Shown: one piece after another, positions 1-9,967 of the stretch | Numbering within the stretch: position 1 is the stretch's first letter | How the letters are laid out: each line of letters starts with the position of its first letter | Assembly (NCBI GenBank): GCA_965249175.1 | Contig: OZ252227.1 | Span: forward strand, 6,128,043-6,192,042 | From: Vicinamibacterales bacterium | GTDB lineage: Bacteria > Acidobacteriota > Vicinamibacteria > Vicinamibacterales > UBA8438 | Direction: 5' to 3' | Length of the DNA stretch: 64,000 bases | Position numbers and translations under genes: made by a program | The notes under the pieces: model-generated | The model's input: only the letters and a program-made list of their open reading frames with translations | The model's database searches: none | Told to the model about the DNA's origin: nothing

Positions 1-2
1 AC

Positions 3-2105
3 GTCCGGGACGGCGATCCTCGCGACGTGGCCGGCGTGAAGGCGACACCCGAGCTGTTTGCCGTCCTCGCGGCCGAGGCCCGGCTGGGGCGCACGTTCGT
101 GGCGGATGAGGCGGTGGTCGGTCGGGACCGTGTCGCGGTGCTCAGCCATGGCTTCTGGCAGCGGTCCCTGGGCGGTCGGGACGGCGTGCTCGGCGCGACG
201 ATCGACCTGGACCAGGAGCCCTACACCATCATCGGTGTCATGCCGCCGGGCTTCGAGTTTCCCACGAGCACCGACGTGGAGCTCTGGACGCCGTTGGCGT
301 TCGACCCGAATGATCTTCATGGGCAGTCGCGTCGCGCGCGGTCCCTGCTCGTCGTCGCACGTAGAGCGCCAGACACGACACCTGAGCAGACGCAGCAAGA
401 GCTGACCGTGCTCGCGTCTCGCATCGCTGGCGAGTACCCGGATAGCAATGCCGGCTGGGGTGTGCGTGTCGTGGCGGCGCATGATCAACTCGTCAGTGCC
501 GCCCGGCCCGCGTTGTTCGTCTTGATGGGCGCGGTCGCGTTCCTCCTCTTGCTTGTCTGCGTCAACATGGCCAACTTGCTGCTGGCGCGGATCTCCAGCC
601 GCCGACGTGAGCTGGCGGTCCGGGGCGCGCTCGGCGGCGGTCGGTGGGCGCTCGCGCGGCCGATCCTGGCCGAGAGCCTCCTGCTCTCGCTCGCCGGTGG
701 TGGACTCGGTCTGCTCGCCGCGGTGGGGGGGCTTCGCCTGCTCACCACGCTTCCCGAAGGTCGTCTCCCACGGACGGAGCAGATCACGTTGGATGGCGGC
801 GTGTTGCTGTTCACTGCCGTCGTGTCCGTCGTCGTGGCGATCGGATTCGGACTGCTGCCGGCCCTGCAAGCCTCCCGGCTCGATCTCCGTGGCAATCTCA
901 CCGAGTCGACCAGCGCCACCGGGAGCGCCAGCGCACGACGCACGTTGAGCGCGCTCGTGGTGGCAGAAGTGGCACTCGCGCTGGTGCTGCTGGTCGGTGC
1001 GGGTCTGATGATCCGAAGCTTCACCACGCTCCTGCGGGTCGACCCCGGGTTCGACGCGACCAACGTCGTGGCGGCGCAGGTGATCCTCCCGACGACGGCC
1101 TATCGCGAACGCCCACGCATCGCCCAGTTCTTCGAAGATGTCATCGCGCGGTTGAGCCGAGCACCCGGCGTCGAAGCGGCGTCGGCCGTCTCCGCGCTGC
1201 CGATGCAGACGGTTGCCGCCGCGGCGGCGCTGCCGTTCACGGTGGAGGGACGTGTGCCGCCCGACACCGAGGACCCGCGCGCCGACGTCCGAATGGTGGC
1301 GCCCGAGTATTTCGCGACGATGAAGATCCGCCTCCTCGAGGGCCGCGTGCTCGATGCGCGTGACACGCCGGACACCACGCGAACCGCGGTGATCAACGAG
1401 ACGATGGCGCGCCGCTACTTCCCCGACCAGAGTCCGGTCGGCCGCGTCATCGATAACCCGCACGGTCGGAACGAGGTCGTCGGGGTGGTCGCCGACGTAC
1501 GCAACCAGGGCCTCGACAGCGAGCCAAAGAAGCAGGTCTATCTCCCCCTGCGGCAGAATCCGGTGCCAGGCATGTCGGTCATCGCGCGCACCGAGCGCGA
1601 CCCGCTGTCGTTCGCCGCAACCTTGCAGCGCGAGATCTGGGCCGTCGACGCACAGCAGCCGATCTACGACCTCAGCACGATGGATCAGATCCTGGCGCGG
1701 GCCGTTTTTCTGCCTCGGTTGAGCACGACGCTGCTGATCGCGTTCGCGTCGGCGGCATTGCTGTTGGCCGCGCTCGGCCTGTACGGCGTGCTGTCGTATT
1801 CCGTCACGCAGCGTACCCGGGAGCTCGGTCTCCGGATGGCGCTTGGCGCCAGCGCGCGTGAGACGCTCGCGCTGGTCACGCGCCACAGCCTGCTGCTCAT
1901 CGTTGGCGGCGTCGGCGTCGGTCTGGTCGCCGCATCGCTGTTGGCGCGGTCGATGGTTGGCATTCTGTACGGGGTGAGCGCGTTCGATCTCACCGCGTTC
2001 GCGCTCGCGGCGCTGGTGCTCGTCGTTGCCGGCGTGTCGGCGAGTCTGATCCCGGCGCGCCGCGCCGTCCGCATAGACCCCATGATCGCGCTAAGGGAGC
2101 AGTAG
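3..2105 (+). CDS. ABC transporter permease, duplicated MacB/FtsX type (ADOP-like); 5' end lies outside the window
   Basis: ORF 27..2105 stays open (no stop) back to position 3. It has two rounds of MacB-type periplasmic domain plus an FtsX 4-TM module (LLLARISSRRRELAVRGALGG and SVTQRTRELGLRMALGA). Confidence 0.85.
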   Translation, partial: VRDGDPRDVAGVKATPELFAVLAAEARLGRTFVADEAVVGRDRVAVLSHGFWQRSLGGRDGVLGATIDLDQEPYTIIGVMPPGFEFPTSTDVELWTPLAFDPNDLHGQSRRARSLLVVARRAPDTTPEQTQQELTVLASRIAGEYPDSNAGWGVRVVAAHDQLVSAARPALFVLMGAVAFLLLLVCVNMANLLLARISSRRRELAVRGALGGGRWALARPILAESLLLSLAGGGLGLLAAVGGLRLLTTLPEGRLPRTEQITLDGGVLLFTAVVSVVVAIGFGLLPALQASRLDLRGNLTESTSATGSASARRTLSALVVAEVALALVLLVGAGLMIRSFTTLLRVDPGFDATNVVAAQVILPTTAYRERPRIAQFFEDVIARLSRAPGVEAASAVSALPMQTVAAAAALPFTVEGRVPPDTEDPRADVRMVAPEYFATMKIRLLEGRVLDARDTPDTTRTAVINETMARRYFPDQSPVGRVIDNPHGRNEVVGVVADVRNQGLDSEPKKQVYLPLRQNPVPGMSVIARTERDPLSFAATLQREIWAVDAQQPIYDLSTMDQILARAVFLPRLSTTLLIAFASAALLLAALGLYGVLSYSVTQRTRELGLRMALGASARETLALVTRHSLLLIVGGVGVGLVAASLLARSMVGILYGVSAFDLTAFALAALVLVVAGVSASLIPARRAVRIDPMIALREQ

Positions 2106-2107
2106 AT

Positions 2108-3850
2108 ATGCCACGACGTCTGCTGGTGTTCGTGATGCTCGCCCTGACGCTCGCGGCGGCGCCGGTGAGCGTGCACGGTCAATCAGCGGCGGAGTTCGTT
2201 CCGGTCACGGACGCGATGCTTCAGGACCCGGCGCCTGGCGACTGGCTGATGTGGCGCCGCACCCTCGATGGCTGGGGCTACAGCCCGCTCGACCAGATCG
2301 ACCGCGACAGCGTGTCCGACCTGCAACTGGTGTGGACGCGCGCCCTGGCGTCGGGCAGCCAGCAAGGGACGCCATTGGCCTACAACGGCACCCTGTACAT
2401 GCCGAACCCGAACGAGCGGGTGCAGGCCATCGACGCCGTTACAGGCGATCTCCTGTGGGATCACCGGCGCGACATTCCCGACGACGTGGCGGCGGTGATG
2501 GGCGGCCTGACGGAAAACAATCGAAACGTCGCGATCTACGGCCGACTCATCATCGACACGAGCAACGACGACTACGTGTTCGCGCTCGACGCGACCACGG
2601 GCGAGCAGGCGTGGGAGACGCAGATCTTCGACTACCAGGTCCACCCGGCCCGGCATTCGTCCGGTCCGATCATCGCCAACGGCAAGATCATCTCCGGGCG
2701 GAGCTGCCGGCCACGAGCGGGGCCGGTCTCGTGCGTCATCGTTGCGCACGATGCCACGACTGGCGCCGAGCTGTGGCGCACCAGTCTGGTGCCGGCGCCG
2801 GGTGAGCCAGGCGACGAGACGTGGGGCGGCGTGCCGTTCGAGGAGCGGATGCATGTGGGATCGTGGATGGTCCCCAGCTACGATCCAGAGTTGGACCTCG
2901 TCTTTGTCGGGACGTCGGTCACCTCGCCGGCGCCGAAGTTCATGCTCGGTGGCATCGAGAACCGGCATCTCTACCACAACTCGACGCTCGCCCTCGACGG
3001 TGACACCGGTGAGATCCGCTGGTACTACCAGCACCTCAACGACCACTGGGATCTCGACCATCCCTATGAGCGGCTGCTCGTCGACACGGTCGTGGCCCCG
3101 GATGCCAGCGCGGTGTCGTGGATCAACCCCCGGATCCGACCGGGCGAGGTCCGCCGGGTCATCACCGGCATCCCCGGCAAGACCGGTGTGGTCTACACGC
3201 TGGACCGCCAGACCGGCGAGTTTCTCTGGGCCACGCCGACGGTCGCCCAGAACGTCATCACCGATATCGATGGTGCGACCGGCGCCGTCACGGAGAACGC
3301 GGAGGTCGTCTTCACTGGTCTCGGCCAAGAGGTACTGTCGTGTCCTTCCTGGACCGGCGGAAAGAACTGGCCGGCCGGCGCCTACAGTCCGCTGAACAAC
3401 ACGATGTACTTTCCGCTTCAGAACCGCTGTGCGCGAGTGCTGTCGACCATGGAGGGCGGGCTCGCCATCTATCGGCTGGCCGCTCGAATGCAGTTGACAC
3501 CGGGGACCGACCAGCTCGGCACCGTGCGCGGGATCTCAGCCGAGACGGGTCAGACGACGTGGCTCCACGAGCAACGAGCCGCGACCCACTCCTTGCTCAC
3601 GACCGGCGGGGGACTGCTGTTCGGCGGCGACGGCAACGGTCGGTTCCGGGCCTTCGACCAGGACACCGGTGAGGTCCTCTGGGAGATCAACCTCGGCTCG
3701 CCGGTCACCGGCTACCCGATCACCTACGCGGTCGACGGGCGGCAGTACGTGGTGGCGAGCACCGGCATTGCGGTCGACGGGCTGACGCCCGAGCTCCGCC
3801 CGAGCACCGGTAACAACCTGTTCGTGTTTGCCCTGCCCGACCGAGACTGA
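2108..3850 (+). CDS. PQQ-dependent dehydrogenase (methanol/ethanol quinoprotein family), secreted
   Basis: Signal peptide MPRRLLVFVMLALTLAAAPVSVHG. Family opening DWLMWRRTLDGWGYSPLDQI. Repeated (A/I)DA.TG...W propeller blades. WDLD at aa 314-317. Confidence 0.8.
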   Translation: MPRRLLVFVMLALTLAAAPVSVHGQSAAEFVPVTDAMLQDPAPGDWLMWRRTLDGWGYSPLDQIDRDSVSDLQLVWTRALASGSQQGTPLAYNGTLYMPNPNERVQAIDAVTGDLLWDHRRDIPDDVAAVMGGLTENNRNVAIYGRLIIDTSNDDYVFALDATTGEQAWETQIFDYQVHPARHSSGPIIANGKIISGRSCRPRAGPVSCVIVAHDATTGAELWRTSLVPAPGEPGDETWGGVPFEERMHVGSWMVPSYDPELDLVFVGTSVTSPAPKFMLGGIENRHLYHNSTLALDGDTGEIRWYYQHLNDHWDLDHPYERLLVDTVVAPDASAVSWINPRIRPGEVRRVITGIPGKTGVVYTLDRQTGEFLWATPTVAQNVITDIDGATGAVTENAEVVFTGLGQEVLSCPSWTGGKNWPAGAYSPLNNTMYFPLQNRCARVLSTMEGGLAIYRLAARMQLTPGTDQLGTVRGISAETGQTTWLHEQRAATHSLLTTGGGLLFGGDGNGRFRAFDQDTGEVLWEINLGSPVTGYPITYAVDGRQYVVASTGIAVDGLTPELRPSTGNNLFVFALPDRD

Positions 3851-3867
3851 CAAGACCCGCGCGTGGC

Positions 3868-5125
3868 TCAGCGGTCGTCTCGATACACGCGTCCGCCCTT
3901 CATCACGAAGTGGATGGACTTGAGTGCGTCGATGTGCTCCAGCGGGTTGTTCGCGGTCGCGACGATATCGGCCGCGAGGCCCGGTGCCAGACGGCCGCGC
4001 TGATCGGCAATCTTCATGAGTCGGGCGGCGTTGGTCGTCATCGCCTGCAGGATCGCGTGTGGCGGGATGCCGGCCTCGACCCAGACATCCAGGTAGTCGA
4101 GCATCATCTCGGCGCGCGTCCGGTCGGGCGGGCTGATGATCACATCGGTGCCAAACGCCATCGTGACCCCGACGTCGTATGCGCGTTTCAGCCGGTCGTG
4201 GGCGGACGCGGCGACGGCGGCCAACGCGTCGGCGGCCCTCCACCGGGCCGAACATCTTGAAGTGCTCTGTGGGGAAGTCGGTGCCGACGAGCACCGTGCC
4301 GTGCGCCTTCATCAGGCGTAACACGTCATTGCTCAGCGCGAACCCGTGTTCGATCGAGTCGGCCCCGCCCAGGATGACGTTTCGCGCCGGCTCGTCGTTC
4401 GTGACGTGGACCGCGACCGTGACGCCGGCGCGATGGGCCTCATCGACCGCCGCCCGGATATCGTCCACCGAGTAGTAGTACCGCTGATCGTCGGAGACGA
4501 GCTTGATCGTGTTGGCGCCGTAGTAGAGGTTTTGCCGGACCGCCTTCCGGATCTCATCCGGCGTGTCGGCATCGATGTATTCGAACTGCCAGAACGGCCC
4601 GATTTCCTGCGGCATGCCCTGGCTCTGCCCACCGAGCGGCGCGATGATCTTGCCGGCGGTCAGCATCGTCGGACCGTCGATGAAGCCGCGGTCGATGGCG
4701 GTCATGAGCGCCGTCCCCGCGTAGTCGGCGTCGTTGCCGATGTTCTTGACCGTCGTGAACCCCGCGTCCAGAATCACCCGCGCGTTCCGCGCGCCGCGCA
4801 GCGCTCGAAGCGCAGTGCGCTCACGCAGCCACTGCACGTCCGGTCCCTCCCCGTGTGGTGGCTCCGCGGTCGTCAAACGGACGTGCGCGTCCATCAGACC
4901 CGGGAGGACCCATGAATCGGCCAGGTCGACGACATTCGCACCGTCGGGCACCTCGACATCGGTACCGACCGCCGTGATCCGGCCGTGCTCGACGAGGATG
5001 ATCTGGTTGGCCGTGCTGGTGCCCGCGTCCGGGTCGATCAGGTGACCCACTCTGAGGGCCACGGTTTGGGCGTGGAGGGGACCCGCCGTGAGCAGGACCA
5101 ACGCGACGAGGCGACCGACGGTCAT
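3868..5125 (-). pseudogene. Amidohydrolase (metal-dependent hydrolase family), split by a 1-nt frameshift
   Basis: The N-terminal part starts at ATG 5125 in the frame of ORF 3536..5248 (signal MTVGRLVALVLLTAGPLHA, PGLMDAHVRL). The C-terminal part is in ORF 3868..4224 (MAFGTDV..., HFVMKGGRVY). The two frames meet near 4235-4243 (GPVEG | AADALAAVAAS). Confidence 0.75.
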
Positions 5126-5205
5126 GACGGCGTGACGCAGGGCGGCACCCCACACGCTCTCGGCATGCCGGGAAGCGGGTGTCACGGGAGCCGGATCAAT
5201 GGGGG

Positions 5206-6510
5206 TCAGTCCGCCTCGCTGCCGGGGACAAGGTTGCCGGCCACCCACACCGATTCGATCGATCGGCTGTTGCTGATGTCGTCGGCCGGATTCGCCCCGT
5301 AGACGACGAAGTCGGCCTGTTTGCCGGCGGCCAGGGTTCCGACGTCCTCGAGATCCAGACAGGCGGCCGCGTCACCTGTCGCCGCGACGATGGTCTGCAT
5401 CGGCGTCAGGCCGGAGTCGACCATCAAATCGAGCTCGCCGTGCTCGAAATAGCCCTGGAACCGCCCGGCGGGGCCGGTGTCTGTGCCCATCGCGATCCGC
5501 ACACCCGCATCCGAGAGCATCTTGAGGTTGCGCTTGGCGGTGTCGAGCTGGGCTTTGTAGGTCTGTGCGCTCTGGCGATTGCGGATGCCTTCCTGATAGT
5601 CCGGGTCCTCGAGCGCCGCGAGCACCGCGGGATCCGCGTCCTTCAAGAAGAACGGATCGTCGAACCACTCGGGGCGCTCCTCGTACACATAGGTGGACAC
5701 CTCGCGCATCAGTGTCGGGCACACACAGACGTCGTTCTCCGTGAGCAGGCCAATCAGCTCGTCGTCCACGTCGACATCGCGCACGCTGTGGGCGATGAAA
5801 TCGGCGCCGGCATTGAGGAGCCCTTTGGCGTCCTCGAGATAGTAGAGATGCGCGGTCAGCTTCAGACCGCGCGCGTGCGCCGTCTCGATGACGGCCTGGT
5901 AGATGTCGGGCGGCATCTTGTCGGTGGTACCGAGGTTGTCGTCGACCCGGATCTTGATGAAGTCGACGTTCATGTCGGCCGCGGCATTGACCCGTTCGAC
6001 CGCCTGCTCCGGCGAGTCGGCGGTGATGACCGGACCGGCAATCCGCAGACGCGCATGGGCCAGATCGGCCCCTTCGCGGTCGCGCACCACGATGCCCTCG
6101 GCGCGGTCGCCGCCGAGGCTGACGACGGTCGTGACCCCGTACCGCGCGTAGAGACCGAGTTGATACGCGACGTGGGCCTCGGTGTAGTAGCTCGGATCGG
6201 TCTCCAGGCCGCGGACATTGTTGACGTGCCCATGCGCGTTAATCAGACCGGGGGTGATGGTCTTGCCGGTCAGGTCGATGTTCATGGCGTCCGGTGGCAC
6301 CGAGACCGTGTCGCTCGACCCCACCGCTTCAATGCGGCCATCACGGACGACCATCGTCCCGCCTTCGATGGTGTCACCGTCACCGACGATCATTCGCGCC
6401 CCGGTGAACGCCCTCAGCCCGGGCGTCGGCTCCACAGGCTCCGGCTCCGGTGCGCCGCAGGCCACCATCGTCACCGTGCCCAGCCCGAGAACGAACAGCT
6501 GCTTCCTCAT
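5206..6510 (-). CDS. Amidohydrolase family lipoprotein (intact paralogue)
   Basis: Lipobox-like N-terminus MRKQLFVLGLGTVTMVAC. HxH motif PGLINAHGHV. Ends with MGTDTG and ADFVVYGANP, typical of the family. Confidence 0.85.
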   Translation of the reverse strand: MRKQLFVLGLGTVTMVACGAPEPEPVEPTPGLRAFTGARMIVGDGDTIEGGTMVVRDGRIEAVGSSDTVSVPPDAMNIDLTGKTITPGLINAHGHVNNVRGLETDPSYYTEAHVAYQLGLYARYGVTTVVSLGGDRAEGIVVRDREGADLAHARLRIAGPVITADSPEQAVERVNAAADMNVDFIKIRVDDNLGTTDKMPPDIYQAVIETAHARGLKLTAHLYYLEDAKGLLNAGADFIAHSVRDVDVDDELIGLLTENDVCVCPTLMREVSTYVYEERPEWFDDPFFLKDADPAVLAALEDPDYQEGIRNRQSAQTYKAQLDTAKRNLKMLSDAGVRIAMGTDTGPAGRFQGYFEHGELDLMVDSGLTPMQTIVAATGDAAACLDLEDVGTLAAGKQADFVVYGANPADDISNSRSIESVWVAGNLVPGSEAD

Positions 6511-6524
6511 CGCTTCTCCTGCCT

Positions 6525-9266
6525 TCAGTCCTGGCCGCCGCCACTGTCCTGCATTTCCTGCAGCACATCACCCAGTCGTTCGATTTCCTCGCCGTAGAGC
6601 GACCAGTCGCCGTCGCGTTGCGCCCGGAGCGCCCGCGCGTAATGGTCTTGCGCCCGGCCGGCGAGTGTGCCGGGCGCCGCGTCCCCAGATGCAAGCGTCG
6701 CCGGCGCGGGGTCCTCTGTCGTCGGAGAGACATTGGCCACCAGCGTCGTCACCGGTGACGCAGGTCGGTTGCGTCCACCGCCGAACAAACGGTCGAGCGC
6801 CAGGTCGAGTGTCGCCTCCATGACGATCTGGTTCTGATACGCCACGACGACCTGTTTCAGCTCGGGGATGCGTCCGCCGGACGCACGGAGATACAGGGGT
6901 CGAATATAGAGGAGCGCTTCCTCGATTGGGATGACCAGGAGCGTTCCCTGAATGACCTCGGATCCCTGCTGATTCCACAACGTGAGCTGCGGCGAGATGT
7001 CCTGATCCTGATTGATCCGGGCGACGATCTGCGACGGGCCAAAGATCACTTTCTGCTTCGGAAACTGAAAGACGAGCATCTTGCCGTAGTTGTCGCCGTC
7101 GCTGCGTGCGACCATCCACGCCGCCATGTTGGCTTTGCCCAGCGGCGTGAACGGCAGCATCTGGATGAACTCGGCCGAGGCTTCACCCGGCAGGCGCATG
7201 ATCGTGTAGTACGGCTCCATCTGCTCGTTGTCGATGACCGGTACCTCCCACTCGTCCTCCTTGTTGTAGAAGACGCTGGGGTTGGTCATATGAAAGGTCT
7301 GGTACACCGCTGTTTGCAGCGAGAAGATGTCTTCCGGATACCGCACGTGTGCCCTGAGCGTCTCGGGCATCGTCTCGAGCGGTTGCAACAGGTCGGGGAA
7401 GATCTTACCGAGCGTGATGCCGAGGGGGTCATCCGGCTCGGCCAGATAGAAGGTCGTGGTCCCGTTGTACGCGTCGATGACGACCTTCACCGAGTTGCGG
7501 ATGTAGTTGACGCCGGGCGCGAACGGCGTCGAATACGGGTAATGGTCGGTGGTGGTGTAGGCGTCACGCATCCAGTAGAGCCGGCCGTCGGCGATCACGA
7601 GGTAGGGGTCAGCGTCGAATCGCAGGAACGGCGCGATCGTGGTGACCCGGTCCGTGATGTTGCGGTGGTAGATCACACGACTGGCCCCGGAGACCGGACC
7701 GCTCACGAGGAGCTCGTAGGAGCCGAACCGCAGGCTGAACAAGAGACGCCGGAACAGGTTCCCGATCTGGATGCCGCCCGTCCCGTCATACCGCGTCTGG
7801 ACGTTGTCCTCGCCCTCCGGGTAGTGGAACTCGTCGGTCTCGGTGTTGACGACTACGTAGTCGTTCGACAGCTCGCCGAAATAGATGCTCGGTTCGTCGA
7901 CCGCGAGGTCGGTCTCGGAGCGGGGTGGTAAATCCTGGATGAACAGGACCGGCAGGCCCTCTTCCGTGACCTGGTTGACCGGACCGAGGGCGACGCCGAA
8001 CCCGTGCGTGTACTGCAGGCGCTCGTTCACCCACGACCGGTTCGGGAGGCTGTCGGAGTTCAGCTCGCGGCCCGAGAGCATCGTCTGTCGATACTCGCCA
8101 TCGACCACATACCGATCGTTGTCGACTGAGGCAAACTCGTAATACGTGCGAATCTCCTGGATCTGGGCGAAGGTATCGAGCAGCGGCAGGTGGTCCCACA
8201 GGCGGACGTTGTTGATCGTCTCGGCGTTGTTTTCGATGTCGCTCAGCGTCAAGAGGGCATCGCCCGAGACCTGCCGCTCCTCCACGTCGTCGAGGTCGAA
8301 CGCCTGCCGCGTCGCGGCAATGTTGTGGACGAGATACGGCGCTTCCCGCTGCTGCTCGTCGGGCGTCACGACGAGCTGCTGCAGCAGCACGGCGACGGCG
8401 CCGCCGCCAACCCATGCGATGAGGTAGCCGCCGACACCGACGGCGATTGGCCAGTTCGTCTTGGAGAACGCCGCGTACGCCGAGGCGCCGGCAGCCAGGG
8501 CGCAGACGACCATCAGCACGCGGAAGATCGGAAGCCGCGCCACGACGTCGACATACGACGCGCCGTGGACAATGCCCGCCGGGGTGAGGAGCATGCGCGG
8601 CATGTCGAGATACGCGCCCCAGGCCAGCAGCAGGAAGACCGTGGAGCCGAGCAGCAGCAGATGCTGGCGCGCGCGAGGACCGACGCTCAGCCCGTCAGGT
8701 CCGAGGCTGACCTGGCTCGAGACGACGTACGCCGCCGTCGAGCCGATGAACGCCAGTACGACGAGGGCCAGACACGCGAAGCGCACGGCGTCGAGGAAGG
8801 GGAGCGTGAAGATATAGAACCCCGCGTCGCGCCCGAAGAGCGGGTCCGCTTCCCCGAACGGCGTTGCCTCGAGAAAGCGCAAGACCGTCATCCACTGACT
8901 CGAGCCGATCCCGCCGAGGAAGAGCGCGAGCAGCCCGGCCACCGCAACGGCCAGCAGACCGAGATGCCGCCGCTCGAGCACGATCGGCTGCAGATCGCCG
9001 CCCCCCGGAAAGACCACATACGGCCTATTGGGACCGCGCACGGCCACGCGAAAATTGCCCAACAGAAAGAGAAACGCCGGCACGAACACCGCGAGCCCGA
9101 CCAAGCCTCTCGTGGCGAGACTCTTGAGGAACACGCTCTGATACCCGGTCTCACCAAACCAGAGCCACTCCGTATACAGCCGTGCAAACCCCGGGAGACC
9201 AACGACCAGGAGCAGGACGATCAGGGCGAACGCGAATCTAGTGAACATGGGCTTGCCTCGCTGCAC
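6525..9266 (-). CDS. UPF0182 family large membrane protein
   Basis: 913-aa ORF with a multi-TM N-terminus opening FARLYTEWLWFGETGY and a large soluble region. C-terminus ALRAQRDGDWSLYGEEIERLGDVL. The start may instead be the ATG at 9248. Confidence 0.75.
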   Translation of the reverse strand: MQRGKPMFTRFAFALIVLLLVVGLPGFARLYTEWLWFGETGYQSVFLKSLATRGLVGLAVFVPAFLFLLGNFRVAVRGPNRPYVVFPGGGDLQPIVLERRHLGLLAVAVAGLLALFLGGIGSSQWMTVLRFLEATPFGEADPLFGRDAGFYIFTLPFLDAVRFACLALVVLAFIGSTAAYVVSSQVSLGPDGLSVGPRARQHLLLLGSTVFLLLAWGAYLDMPRMLLTPAGIVHGASYVDVVARLPIFRVLMVVCALAAGASAYAAFSKTNWPIAVGVGGYLIAWVGGGAVAVLLQQLVVTPDEQQREAPYLVHNIAATRQAFDLDDVEERQVSGDALLTLSDIENNAETINNVRLWDHLPLLDTFAQIQEIRTYYEFASVDNDRYVVDGEYRQTMLSGRELNSDSLPNRSWVNERLQYTHGFGVALGPVNQVTEEGLPVLFIQDLPPRSETDLAVDEPSIYFGELSNDYVVVNTETDEFHYPEGEDNVQTRYDGTGGIQIGNLFRRLLFSLRFGSYELLVSGPVSGASRVIYHRNITDRVTTIAPFLRFDADPYLVIADGRLYWMRDAYTTTDHYPYSTPFAPGVNYIRNSVKVVIDAYNGTTTFYLAEPDDPLGITLGKIFPDLLQPLETMPETLRAHVRYPEDIFSLQTAVYQTFHMTNPSVFYNKEDEWEVPVIDNEQMEPYYTIMRLPGEASAEFIQMLPFTPLGKANMAAWMVARSDGDNYGKMLVFQFPKQKVIFGPSQIVARINQDQDISPQLTLWNQQGSEVIQGTLLVIPIEEALLYIRPLYLRASGGRIPELKQVVVAYQNQIVMEATLDLALDRLFGGGRNRPASPVTTLVANVSPTTEDPAPATLASGDAAPGTLAGRAQDHYARALRAQRDGDWSLYGEEIERLGDVLQEMQDSGGGQD

Positions 9267-9434
9267 GAGCGGCTGGACCGCGTCCGGCGGCGCGGCGGCC
9301 CCGACCGGGCCTGTGCACCTCGAAGGTTATGTGAGCCTGTTGACTCTGTGCAACCTCCGATTGTGTCGCAGCGGCGCGCCGGCACCACGGACTCCTAGGG
9401 CTGGTAGACTCTTGGCCTTGCGGAAGGAGCCCCA

Positions 9435-9896
9435 ATGTCCCTCGCCGTCGGCGACGCCGCCCCCGATTTCGAGCTGAACAGCCACCTCGGTGGCACGGTC
9501 AGGCTCTCGAGCTTCCGGGGCAACACGAACGTGGTTGTCGCGTTCCATCCGCTGGCGTGGACGCCAGTCTGTGCCAATCAGATGACGGCCTACGAGACGG
9601 AGCGGGACTGGTTCGCCGAGCACGACACCCGCATCCTCGGTGTCAGCGTCGACGCCGTGCCGGCCAAGGTCGAGTGGGCAAAGAGCCTCGGTGGCATCTC
9701 GTACGACTTGCTGAGCGATTTCCATCCACATGGCGCCGTGGCCGAGGCGTTCGGCGTGGCGCGTGAGGGTGGGATCTCGGAGCGGGCGATCTTCGTCGTC
9801 GACAAGGCCGGGACCATCGTGTTCGCCAAGGTCTACGATCTCCCGACCCTGCCGGACAACGCGGAAGTCCGCCAGGCAATCGAGCGGCTTGGGTGA
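9435..9896 (+). CDS. Peroxiredoxin (AhpC/TSA family, AhpE/Bcp-like)
   Basis: GDAAPDFEL...FRGNTNVVVAFHPLAWTPVCANQM carries the peroxidatic Cys motif. GGAAGGAG Shine-Dalgarno lies 5 nt upstream of the ATG. Confidence 0.9.
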   Translation: MSLAVGDAAPDFELNSHLGGTVRLSSFRGNTNVVVAFHPLAWTPVCANQMTAYETERDWFAEHDTRILGVSVDAVPAKVEWAKSLGGISYDLLSDFHPHGAVAEAFGVAREGGISERAIFVVDKAGTIVFAKVYDLPTLPDNAEVRQAIERLG

Positions 9897-9898
9897 CA

Positions 9899-9959
9899 CA
9901 CGGCTAAAGCCGTGCGCTACGTACGACGGCGGTACGTAGGGCAGGCCTTTAGGCCTGCC
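9899..9959. repeat. Three consecutive perfect hairpins (REP-like; probable bidirectional terminator) between convergent genes
   Basis: CACGGC-TAAA-GCCGTG (9899-9914). CTACGTAC-N7-GTACGTAG (9917-9939). GGCAGGCC-TTTA-GGCCTGCC (9940-9959). Confidence 0.7.
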
Positions 9960-9967
9960 GGTGCACG

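Noticed and set aside
3536-5248. 570-aa ORF taken at face value as a single gene.
   Set aside because: Only the segment from ATG 5125 down to about 4240 is amidohydrolase-like. Past that point the frame is Arg-rich nonsense that runs antisense into the PQQ dehydrogenase gene, while the real C-terminus continues in another frame (3868..4224).
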